Source: Vicugna vicugna
Lineage: Eukaryota
DNA: 64,000 nt
Assembly: GCA_013265495.1 (NCBI GenBank)
Contig: MU057711.1
Coordinates: 744,001 to 808,000 of the forward strand
Direction: 5' to 3'
Shown here: positions 13,294-22,990 of the stretch, piece after piece
Numbering within the stretch: the first letter of the stretch is position 1
How the letters are laid out: each line of letters opens with the position of its first letter
Made by a program: the position numbers and the translations under genes
The notes under the pieces: generated by a model
Told to the model about the DNA's origin: nothing
Databases searched by the model: none
Seen by the model: only the letters and a program-made list of their open reading frames with translations

Positions 13294-13424
13294 CTTGGGA
13301 AAGAAAAACCAAAAGAGCATCAATTTCAGACCTCACAAATACTGTCCGGAGGGAGTGATGGACCAGCCACCCAAGGAGGACGGATCTTTCCCCATCCAGC
13401 CTCCTAGAGAAAGGCTACAGGGGT

Positions 13425-13905
13425 TAGGCAGAGAAGGACAAATACTGTGTGATCTCACTCCTATGTGGAATAAAAAACACACAACCAAACAGAAAGCCTG
13501 AACTCACAGATACAGAGTACAGACTGGTGGGTGCCAGAGGCAGGGGTGGGGGACTGGAGGAGTAGGCGAAATGGGTGAAGGGGATCAAAAGGTACAAATG
13601 TCCAGTTATAAAATGAGTAAGTCATGGGATATAGTGACCATGGTTAATAATGGGGAATGCTGTATTGCATAATTGCAAATGCATAGTGGAAAGTTGTGAG
13701 AGTAGATCTTAAAATTTCTCACCACAAGAAAAAAAATGTGCAACTATGTGTGGCAACAGATATTGTAGTGATCCTTTTGCAATACATACAAAATATCAAG
13801 TCCTTACGTTGCACCCCTGAAACTAATATGATGTTATATACCAACTGCATCTCAAAATAATTAATTAATTAATTATAAGACAAATAAAATAAGATAAAAT
13901 AAATA
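13425..13905 (+). mobile_element. L1 3'UTR fragment with A-rich tail
   Basis: aactcacagatacagag...gagagtagatcttaaaa...cctgaaactaatat, then aaata repeats. Confidence 0.82.
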
Positions 13906-14065
13906 AAAGGCTGCCAGGCAGGGAATGAGCACCAGGCCAAGAATCAAGACAAACAGGTCCCAGCTCTGATTTGGTTCCTTATCCACTAGGTGACTCTGGG
14001 CAGGTCACTCCACCTCCCTGGGCTCTCATCTGTCCATAAACACTGCAGACAAGAATAAAGGGCGA

Positions 14066-14193
14066 GGGAGAGAGGATATAGCTCGGTGGTAGAGTGTGTG
14101 CTTAGCATGCATGAAGTCCCGGGTTCAATCCCCAGTACCTCCATTTTAACAAATAATAATAAATAAATAAACATAATTATCTGCTTCCCAAAA
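14066..14193 (+). mobile_element. tRNA-derived SINE (Vic-1-like)
   Basis: Same head; 15-bp TSD aagaataaaggg(c/t)ga. Confidence 0.88.
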
Positions 14194-14790
14194 AAGAATA
14201 AAGGGTGATATAGTCAGTCACCCCCAGGATGTGAGACTAAGTCACCCTCTGAGGTTAAATCTACTAAAAAGAAATCAATAAGTAAAAAAGGAAGTCTCAA
14301 AACATTACATGTTACCCTTTTGATAAAGTGAGAAACAACTAAAATAAACAAGATACATCATTTCTAGGACTTCATGTAGAATAAATAATGCTCTCCTTAA
14401 AGCATAGCAAGTGACAAGTGGGAAAGGATTCAGAACAGAGGTTTCTTCAGGTAGCGAGAGCTGGGGAATGAGATGGGAGAACAATAGCTGGACGTGACTG
14501 TCAAAGTCCAAGCTGATGAGTTGGTGGTGGGTTTAAAGATGCTTATTATATCATTATAAGTAAATACATAGATAAATAGGTGATAGACAGACAGACAGAT
14601 AGGCACATGAACCATGAATATGTGTCCTGACCAAGGATCATGATTCATCTGATTGTAAATGCCTGAGTTCCATTAAAAAAAAAAAAGCTGAATAACTATG
14701 GAACAAAATTCTTTGACCTAACTTATAACCATTGAGAACACCCTGTCAACTCAGTATCCTGGTGTTTCGATGCAAAGGACAACTACTTAC

Positions 14791-14889
14791 ATAGCTAAGT
14801 CCTGAAACCATGACATCATCTGCATCCAAGCCGAGATTCACAAGGCCACCAGAAGGCTCGGGGACCCAGGATATCCTCCTCCTCGTCAT
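14791..14889 (-). CDS. ABCC11: ABCC11 (MRP8) first coding exon, 99 coding nt
   Basis: MTRRRISWVPEPSGGLVNLGLDADDVMVSGLSY resembles the human ABCC11 N-terminus ([20 protein letters not shown]...); ATG context ctgaaaATG; donor TAT|gtaagt, phase 0. Confidence 0.93.
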
Positions 14890-15065
14890 TTTCAGTTGTG
14901 CTGCCAATGCTTTGTTTCCCAGAATCAGAGAAGCTGAAAAGGCAACAGGTAAGAGCAGCTTAAATCCAGCCCTGAGTGGCCAAGAGACAGGGGATATCAC
15001 CCTGCCGGGTCTGTGCCAAGGGCCACTGTCCCAGCGCCTGCTCTTCTCTCTGCCAGGAATGGGCT

Positions 15066-15185
15066 CACCTCTTCTGAGCAGTCCCTTAGAGCTATCTGAG
15101 AAGCTGTCTCCTGGGCTTGAAGTCCTCAGAAAATCCGCTAAATAATTCTCAACTTTTATGTTGTGCATTTTTTTTTCAGTCGACA
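15066..15185 (+). mobile_element. 3' fragment of an ERV LTR just upstream of the ABCC11 start codon
   Basis: agagctatctgagaagctgtctcc...aacttttatgttgtgcattttttttcagtcgaCA resembles a laurasiatherian ERV1 LTR end. Confidence 0.6.
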
Positions 15186-15419
15186 AGATACAGCTTTTGC
15201 CATTCAAATAAATATTGGATTGTGCTCCAAGTAAATAGACTTGAAGACTAGCCTGTCGTCTTGAGGGAAGATTTTCTAAATTCTTTTATGTTGTTTCCTC
15301 GCATCTCACTTCCTTTTCACAAGTCACAACCAAATCTGGTGGACTCAGTTTCTGGAATTCTCCTACAGGGCCTACTCCAGATCGACTCCACCGCCATGGC
15401 ACCAGGCCACTAAGGTATA

Positions 15420-15764
15420 TAGTTGGCCTCCTGTACCATGGGTTCAGCAACCAGGATTCAACCAACCAATGTAAGAAAATTCTTGGGAAAAAAAAATCCC
15501 AGAAGGTTACAAGAAGCAAAACTTGAATTCCCATCCGAAACTATTTACATAACATTTACAGTGTAGTTACAACTACTTACATAGTATTTACATTTTATTA
15601 GGTATTATAAGTAATTTAGAGATGACTTAAAATATGTGGGAGGATGTGCTTAGATTATGTGCAAATACTACACCATTTTATATACAGGACTTGAGCATTC
15701 TTGGAATTTTGTATCCTCAGGGTACCTGCAACCAATCTCCCTCCTCTGAACTGAGACACAACTG
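15420..15764. mobile_element. Tigger3a-like non-autonomous DNA transposon
   Basis: TA-flanked degenerate terminal inverted repeats (tagttg...caactg) and internal ggtattataagtaatttagagatg motif. Confidence 0.75.
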
Positions 15765-16004
15765 TACTTGCCATGTGATGGTAGAAGTAGACCTTTCGGG
15801 GAAAAAGAGAGAAGGAATGTGTTAGGTAAGAGAGGGCATCACAAATTCCTTATTTAAAACTCTGGGAAGAGGCCAGTTTTGTGGCTGTCATGAACCAGCC
15901 TAGGACATAGACACATAAAAGTGACATTGTGGAGGGAAAGTAAGGGTGCAGGGCAGTAAATTCTAGCTTGCAAGTCATGCACCCTGGCAAGGGGCTGCAT
16001 GTGT

Positions 16005-16720
16005 CAGTGGTTGCTGGTAAATATTTGTATCTGTAACGAACCTGTGCGGTTGCAGTTGGTGAATGAGCTTAGTTCCAATCCTGCAGCTGCAGTTGGTAAA
16101 TGGGTGTAGTTCCAATATGATTGCTACTTGACATTTGCTACACGTTAATGAGTTAGAGAAAAATGAAATATCAGACATATGTTGGTTGGATTATCATTCA
16201 CTTGCCAATGACCTGAATAACTCTCCTGAATAATTTTCAAATACTGAAAGAATATTTCCTCATTTTTTGTGCTCTTCACAATATAATAGCTACTGGCACC
16301 ACTTACTTGTAGATTTAATCTGCATCATTAACATTTCCTGCATTTATTTCTTAATTCTAGACTATCAGTAAAATAATAAAACAAGCCCTAATCTGTAGCC
16401 TTTGCTGATTTTTGTGGTGTAAATATCCCCACCTTGGATGATTTCAAGTTACCAACATGTTGGGAAGAGAGGCGCAGTAAGAAATCATTGGAAAGTACCT
16501 CCACCTTACAGATACAGTAGATGTAAATAATTTCAGAAGTATAAATAACTGAAATGTCGTGAATAACTAGGAAATGATAAATACTAAGTATTATCTTTGT
16601 CTTTGATATAACATAACTGACTGAAAGTTTATATAATTTAATTTTAATAAAGCTTGTGTTGAACAACTGGGCTCCCAAAATCCCTGAAGATTTGACAGTT
16701 GGTTCTCATGAACCAGTATC
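16005..16720 (-). mobile_element. MER63-like hAT DNA transposon remnant
   Basis: Ends cagtggttgctggtaaata and aacaactgggctcccaaaatccctgaagatttgacagttggttctc resemble MER63 as recalled. Confidence 0.6.
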
Positions 16721-17243
16721 TTAAAATGGTAAGCCTAAACAGTATTGTTCTCTTAATCAACCAGCAAGTAGGGGCTCATAAGGAAGACCAGGATTCCTAG
16801 AAAACAAACACAGAAAATAGATTTTTTTTTCCCCTCACCTTTCATATATACATACATATATATATATATATATTTGCCAACCTGGTTTATTTATACACAT
16901 CTGCAAAGAGATATGATGAGGGTTTCAAAGGTGTGATTCCATGTAGAAATATGAAATTTATCCAGGAAACTAATAAAGGGTTTATAGGACAAAGTAAACC
17001 AAATGGAAATGAAGGCAATGCAAATGGATGTGTTCACAGAACACAAATTGGTCATCACAACATAAATGAAACTCAGCCACACGTTAACTTGGGCCACCTT
17101 CTAATTCTGGGACACTCACCTCTGCTTCCTTGACTGGCCAGGGGAATTCCCTCCAGGACTTCCGTTGGCAGTCCTAGGAAAGTTCCCTGGCCTTCTAGCT
17201 TCCTGCCAGGAAGAGGACAGAGCTGAACTTTATTCACTTGATT

Positions 17244-17868
17244 TGTTAGAGCAGGCAGAGACCTAGATACGAGCAGAGAAAGGGGGACACAGACCGAACG
17301 GCTGGAATTGGGCAGAAAGGAGGGGCACAGGCCAAATGCAAGAAATCACACATCATGCAAGCATCAGGGGTTCCTGGGCAGAGAAAGAAAAGCAGGAACC
17401 TCTGGGCTGATAAGTGGCCCAGAGGCCAACAAAGAAAGTTGGGAAAAAGCAGGAATCTCCAGTGTAACCTTTTGATCATTATGCCCTCATTTCAATAAAA
17501 TTAGCCTTGCAGATTAGAAATATCCTTCATGCACCGATGCCATGACACTTCTGATCCATACTAAATAAGGACAAAAATCCCTCCTCCCTTTGGGAAGGTG
17601 GAGTTGGGATAAGAATCAGGAAATATGACCCCCAGACCCTTCCCTCCCTAATGAATATTCTGCACACTTATTTTTACACTCTATGTAACCAACTTGCCAA
17701 AAAACTCAGGGCAGCTGCTCACCTGAGCCTGCCTGCTCTCCCCTTCAGAATGTACTATCCATTACTTAATAAATCCTCACTTCACTTTTTTAATCTCCAC
17801 GTCTTGTCTCTGAGTTCTTTCTGGGACAGGATGAAAACCTGGAACTCCGGTTACATGCACTGGCAACA
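17244..17868 (+). mobile_element. Solo ERV LTR, about 625 bp
   Basis: TGTT...AACA termini, purine-rich U3, AATAAA near 17768 followed by U5-like sequence; no clean TSD. Confidence 0.75.
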
Positions 17869-18904
17869 TCTTCAGTGGCAAGACCATCATTGCGGTTAGG
17901 ATGCAGCCCAGGACATGACTAGGAATAAACAAAAGAGGCAACAGACGCTTCCAGCCCTGTGTTCCTTTCATCCCCGGAGTGGCCAAAGCCATGATTAGTT
18001 TAGACAAGGGCCCTTTGCATATGATGAAACAACCTGTGTATAGGAGGAGGGCCACTGGAGTGAGGTAACCTTTCTGGAGAAACTGACTTATTTCCTCATT
18101 GTTTTCACCACTTTCCCAGTAGGGTCTAGGGCTCAAGGCCAGAAGGAGCACCAGAGGGTAGGGCAGGTGCCCAAGGTAAGGGGCAGAGGCCTGAAGGGCA
18201 AGCCACGTCTCAAGAAGCAGAGGTGATCACACCTTACTCCTCCCGTCCCTCTCCCTTCCAGACCACACGTTCCCTGTGGGGGTAAGTTTCCTGGGGCTAG
18301 TTCTCCTAACTTCTGGGGCCCCTCATTGGCTATCTTGTCTGCTGAATCCTTCCATCCCAATGTCTGGTCTCCTCCTCTGTTCCAGAAACTGGGAAGCTCC
18401 TCCCTACCTTGGTCCTTGCCCAAGTCCTAATCTCTTACTGAGAACCTTCTTCAAGCTCCTTGCAGAGCGTGGCAGTTCTCATTCAGGTATCAGCTCAGAC
18501 ACCACCTCCTCGGGGTAACCTTCCCAGACCTCCCTCCCTAATGTTCTCCTGTCTCTAGCTTTTTTGACATATTTTCCTATTAGATTTCCTTATCACTTTG
18601 GGGGCTTATTTGTTTTCTGTCTACCTCGCTAGAATGTAAGCTCTTTGAAACCAGGGGCCTTGTGCCTCTTGCTCACTGATGTAGCCGTGAATCAAAAGAG
18701 TGCCCAGCACACAGCAGGTGCTTAGTAAGTGCCAAGTGGATAAATGATGTAGTAGATGTGGAGCCGGTCAAAGAAGGAGCCAGGAAAGTGACCTGGTCAC
18801 AGAAGACCTCACATTTTCATTTGTGATGCTTTCCCAAGTGGGCTGCCGTTCCATCATAGGATAGACTAGACAGGACTGAAAGAAGGTGCTCATCAAGCAA
18901 TGTA

Positions 18905-19001
18905 GGGGGAGGGTATAGCTAGCTCAGTGGTAGAATGTTGCTTAACATGTACCACGCCCTGGGTTCAATCCCCAGTACCTCCAATAAATAAACCCCCCAA
19001 A
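18905..19001 (+). mobile_element. tRNA-derived SINE (Vic-1-like)
   Basis: gggggagggtatagct...gggttcaatccccagtacctcc; aagcaat on both flanks. Confidence 0.82.
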
Positions 19002-20439
19002 AGCAATCAACTTAAATGTGGACCTGTTCCCTTAAGACACCACTACAGTGCAGTAGAACTCTTCTATTGTTGGTTGTGGTCAGGAGGAGTGTATATTAAA
19101 AGCATTGAACATAATATTTAAAAAAATACACTACAAGGTTTATAAGATGGTTTTTGAAGTTCTTTGTTAAAACACTGGGAGCCTCAAAAAAAAAAAAAAG
19201 GGCCCTTCCCCCTTGTCCTTGGAGAGGCTTTGATGAAAAGATAAGCTCTCCTGGACCTGGGAGGTGCATTTTGTATCTCAGTATCACCCCCAGTGCCTAT
19301 TACAGGGTAGGGTGCCCAGTACCATCCAGAGAGGTGGTCCAGGGCTTGCTGAGTAGATCCAGAATCTTCTGCTACCAGCCGGCTTCTCTTTAGGTCCTAG
19401 TGGCTCAGGCCCCAGTCTGGAAAGATACCCTTGACAGGGTCCCTTGACATCGGTTTCTCCTCCCCTCGTCCCGTCCAATCCGCCAGCACACTCTGGTGAA
19501 GGTACACTCAGACAAAGCTTGATCCACTGCTTCGGGTCCAAGTTCTCACACCTCCGGCCCGGACAAATTCAACCACCTCCTAGCCGGCTTCCGAGCGCCT
19601 GACCTGAAACCCTCGTGCTCCAGACCCCCCACAGCAGCCAAAACGACCTTTTGAGAACAGAAGCCTGAACAATTCTTCCGCAATGTGAAACCACCGGGCA
19701 TAGCGTAGGACCCAAACTCCTCACTCCAGCGGACTCGGTTCCCCAACCTCGCTCTATAGCCTGGCCCTGCCCCAGCCCCACCTCAGCAAATTCCGGCAGC
19801 AGGCTCCCCAGACGTCCTAAATTCATTCCAGCCACAGGCTTCGGGCTCCCTGCCTGGAATAGCGACCCTCAGTCACCCACCCCACGACTTTAGCGCAGCT
19901 GCCTCCTCGGTGCCCAGCTCGGGACCATCACAAGCTCTTCAGCGAGGCCTTCTCTGACCATTTAAAGGACGTGTCAACCCTACATAGTAGGCATTCAAAC
20001 TATATTTGTTCAGTGAGTAAATAAAAGGTGGGATTGTGTCAGAGAAAGAGCTTTAGGCAGCAGGCTCCCAGTTCCTGCATTTCTGTCTCCACCACAGTGG
20101 CCAGGGCACCTGCCTTCTCCTTTCCCTCACCTGCTGCACACGCGGAAACACAGTTCCATCTGCCCTGCATCGGACTCGGGGTCCAGGGGTCTGACCCCCA
20201 CCTCCAGCCCCCTAGCCCTTGCTGCCCAGCCAAGAGGAGCTTGAGGGTAGGCCCTTGCCTTACATTAGGCCCTCTACCCATCCACAGTCAGCCCAGGGCC
20301 TTGCACTTTGCACTCAACGAATGCTTGTTGACTTGGACATTGAACTCCCTCCTGGAGTCTGAGAGCATTGCTGGACTTTATAGCTGGGGAAATTTTTTCC
20401 CTCTGCAAGCTACAGTCAAATCCAAGTCCAGTCCCAACA

Positions 20440-21295
20440 TAAAGGAGCTAGCTCCCCATGGCTAAATCTGGAGAAAAAAAATTCAAGCAACAAAATATGT
20501 GATATTATTGGATTATAACTCATAAAAAAATTGAATAGCCATGAGTCCATACTAATATAAAAAATAATTGAATAAATAAATAAATGAGGGAGAGGGAGCA
20601 GCTTTTTTGTACAGAATTCCAATTAATAAGTGAAGAATTAACTCCCCACAGGCATTTATTACTGATGAGAAACATAGTAGCTTAAAGTGGAGAAACCCAG
20701 CAGATACCACCTTCAAGAAATCATGGCCAAAATCACCAGCCGTAAAACATTTCACCGTCATGTGTCACTAAGGCCAGATCACTTCTGTGGTTTTCCTGCG
20801 AAAAATGTATAACGTTGACCTAGAGAAAGCATCAGATAAACCCAAACTGAGGGACATTCTACGAAATAATGGACCCATACTTTTAGAAAGTACCAGAGTC
20901 TCAAAGGGGGAAAAAAAAGATTGAGGAGCTATCACAACCAAATGAAAAGTGGGATCCTGGACCCAAAGGACCTTAGTGAGAAAACTGGCAAAATTTGTGA
21001 AAGTCTATAGATTAAAAGTACCAGAGTCTCAAAGGGGGAAAAAAAGATTGAGGAGCTATCACAACCAAATGAAAAGTGGGATCCTGGACCCAAAGGACCT
21101 TAGTGAGAAAACTGGCAAAATTTGTGAAAGTCTATAGATTAGATAACAGTAATGTTCATTTCCTGGTTTTTATGGTTGAACGGTGATTATGTAAAACGAC
21201 TACAAGGGAAGCTGGGTGAAAGGTACATGGACATTTCCTTCTATATTTTTGCAACATTTGTGTACATCTACAATCAATTCGAATTGAAAGTTACA
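20440..21295 (+). mobile_element. Old L1M(C/D) 3'UTR fragment containing the tandem duplication
   Basis: aaacccaaactgagggacattcta and gggaagctgggtgaaaggtacatgg are typical L1M 3' motifs. Confidence 0.7.
20887..21141 (+). repeat. Tandem duplication, 128 + 127 bp
   Basis: 20887-21014 and 21015-21141 are identical except for A8 versus A7. Confidence 0.95.
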
Positions 21296-21466
21296 ACGTT
21301 TCAAGTGGACGTGATTTACACGGGATCATCCTTGGGCACACACAGCGCTGAGTGTGCCTCCCGAGAAAGCAAGCTGGGGAGCCGGCTGGGGAGGGGGCAG
21401 GTGCACGACGGGCGATGTGCGCCTCTTTTAGCATGTTTTCGGCGTGCGTGGCCGGCGTTCCGGGAG

Positions 21467-21484
21467 GGGGCGGGACCGGAAGTG
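21467..21484 (+). promoter_or_regulatory. GC box (Sp/KLF) plus ETS (GABPA/ELK-type) motif
   Basis: GGGGCGGG at 21467-21474 and CCGGAAGTG at 21476-21484, about 100 bp upstream of the ATG. Confidence 0.7.
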
Positions 21485-21584
21485 GCGGCGCGCCGGGACC
21501 GCAGCTGTGGTCCTAGCCGTGTAGGCCGCGCGTATCCGTGTGTCCGGCTCCTGGGGCCGTTCCCCGCCGCGGAGGGCCGTCACC

Positions 21585-21817
21585 ATGTCGTCGGTGAGCC
21601 CCATCCAGATCCCCAGCCGCCTCCCGCTGCTGCTCACGCACGAGGGCGTGCTGCTGCCGGGCTCCACCATGCGCACTAGCGTGGACTCGGCCCGCAACCT
21701 GCAGCTGGTGCGGAGCCGCCTGCTCAAGGGCACGTCGCTACAGAGCACCATCCTGGGCGTCATCCCCAACACGCCCGACCCGGCCAGCGACGCGCAGGAC
21801 CTGCCGCCGCTGCACAG
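21585..21817 (+). CDS. LONP2: LONP2 exon 1 coding part, 233 nt (Lon N-terminal domain)
   Basis: Kozak-like caccATG; MSSVSPIQIPSRLPLLLTHEGVLLPGSTMRTSVDSARNLQLV...LPPLH(R); donor AG|gtaggc. Confidence 0.97.
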
Positions 21818-21831
21818 GTAGGCCGGGCGGC

Positions 21832-21832
<1 letters not shown>

Positions 21833-21862
<30 letters not shown>
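21833..21862 (+). repeat. (CGG)10 trinucleotide repeat
   Basis: Uninterrupted run starting 15 nt after the LONP2 exon 1 boundary. Confidence 0.95.
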
Positions 21863-21865
<3 letters not shown>

Positions 21866-22599
21866 GGCCTTCTCCCGGGACCCCGGCCCGGCCTGGCCCG
21901 GGACGCGGGGCTCGGGGCGGCCGCGCGGCGGGGTTCGGCCTCTTCGGACGACTCACGTGCCAGGCAGGGGTGACAGAGGAATGCCTCGTGACCGTTAAAT
22001 GAGCTAATGCGTGGAGTGACAGCTGCACGTTAGCTGTTTGCAGTCAGATGTGAACTCCCCTCCCCGCCCCGCCCCCCGGGTCCTCAGACTCCGAGGCCCG
22101 AGGCCTGGACTCTTAACTCTCCAGCCCCTCTTCTTTCTTTCCCTTCCTTTCTTCCTTCCCTTCCTCCCCGTCTTGTAACTGAAATCCTTGCTCTTCACGC
22201 GCGTTCTCTTTTCCCTGTCCATCCTAAATTGCACCGTCTCTTCATTAACTTCAGGGTGCCTTCATTCCACACTCCCTGCCTACTCTTCTCCCCTCAGTAC
22301 TGTTTCCCTTCCTCGAAGGCCTTCCCTGTTCACATTTTCCCTTGTCTCCCTTTCTAGAACTTTCCTATCTTCTCATCTCTCCTCCTCTCATATCTTATCA
22401 TTTCTTAGGCCCCAAGCTTACCACTAGATTACCCCACGCCACGGCCCTAGTTGTGTGACTTTGTGTGACAGGCCGAACCTATGCCCGTTTCTTTTCTTCA
22501 TTTGTCATTTAGAAACCAGCAGCATCCGTTTACTAGGTGTGTTATGAGGATTAAGTGAAATCACGTGTGTGGTCTGCTTTGCCTCATGTGGGATAAAGG

Positions 22600-22990
22600 G
22601 TTGCACTGTCAGTATTATGCCCACCAGCCACCTGTGGCTTGAGAGCACTTGAAATGTGGCTTGTCCAAATTGATACTCTGAAGTGATCAGTTGTCCCGCT
22701 TTGCCAGGGATGGTCCTGGTTTTAGCACTGCAAGCCCTGTGTCCCAGACAAACCACGGTGATTGTCACCCTAAATGTGCTCGAAACGTACAATACACACC
22801 AGATTTTGAAAATTTAGTATGAAAAATGTTGGTGAATAAATAGATTCTAAATAGATTAAATGTTGGAATGGTAATATTTTGGCTGTTTGGGGTTAAATAA
22901 AATATTAACTTTCCCTGTTTCTTTTTTCTTTGTAATGTGGCTACTAAAAGTACCTATGTGGTTCACATTCTGTTTCTGTTGGACAATGCT
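22600..22990 (-). mobile_element. MER33-like hAT-Charlie element with nested MER81-like element (about 22680-22772)
   Basis: gagcacttgaaatgtggct...ttggacaatgctg interrupted by a palindromic gtcctggttttagcactg...gtcaccct element. Confidence 0.65.

Larger units (their letters stand above)
21340..22100. promoter_or_regulatory. CpG island / TATA-less promoter of LONP2
   Basis: Very high GC and CpG density against a CpG-depleted background, spanning exon 1; edges approximate. Confidence 0.9.

Noticed and set aside
14890..15207. Upstream in-frame extension of the ABCC11 ORF (153-aa track entry)
   Set aside because: It runs through an LTR fragment and probable intron; homology starts at MTRRR.
20887..21141. 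CRISPR-like or other prokaryotic repeat system
   Set aside because: Two adjacent copies with no spacers in a mammalian context; no such system is evident anywhere in the window.
21152..22028. Long ORFs on both strands around LONP2 exon 1, including a poly-Ala ORF
   Set aside because: Stop-poor CpG island; the poly-Ala is just the CGG repeat.
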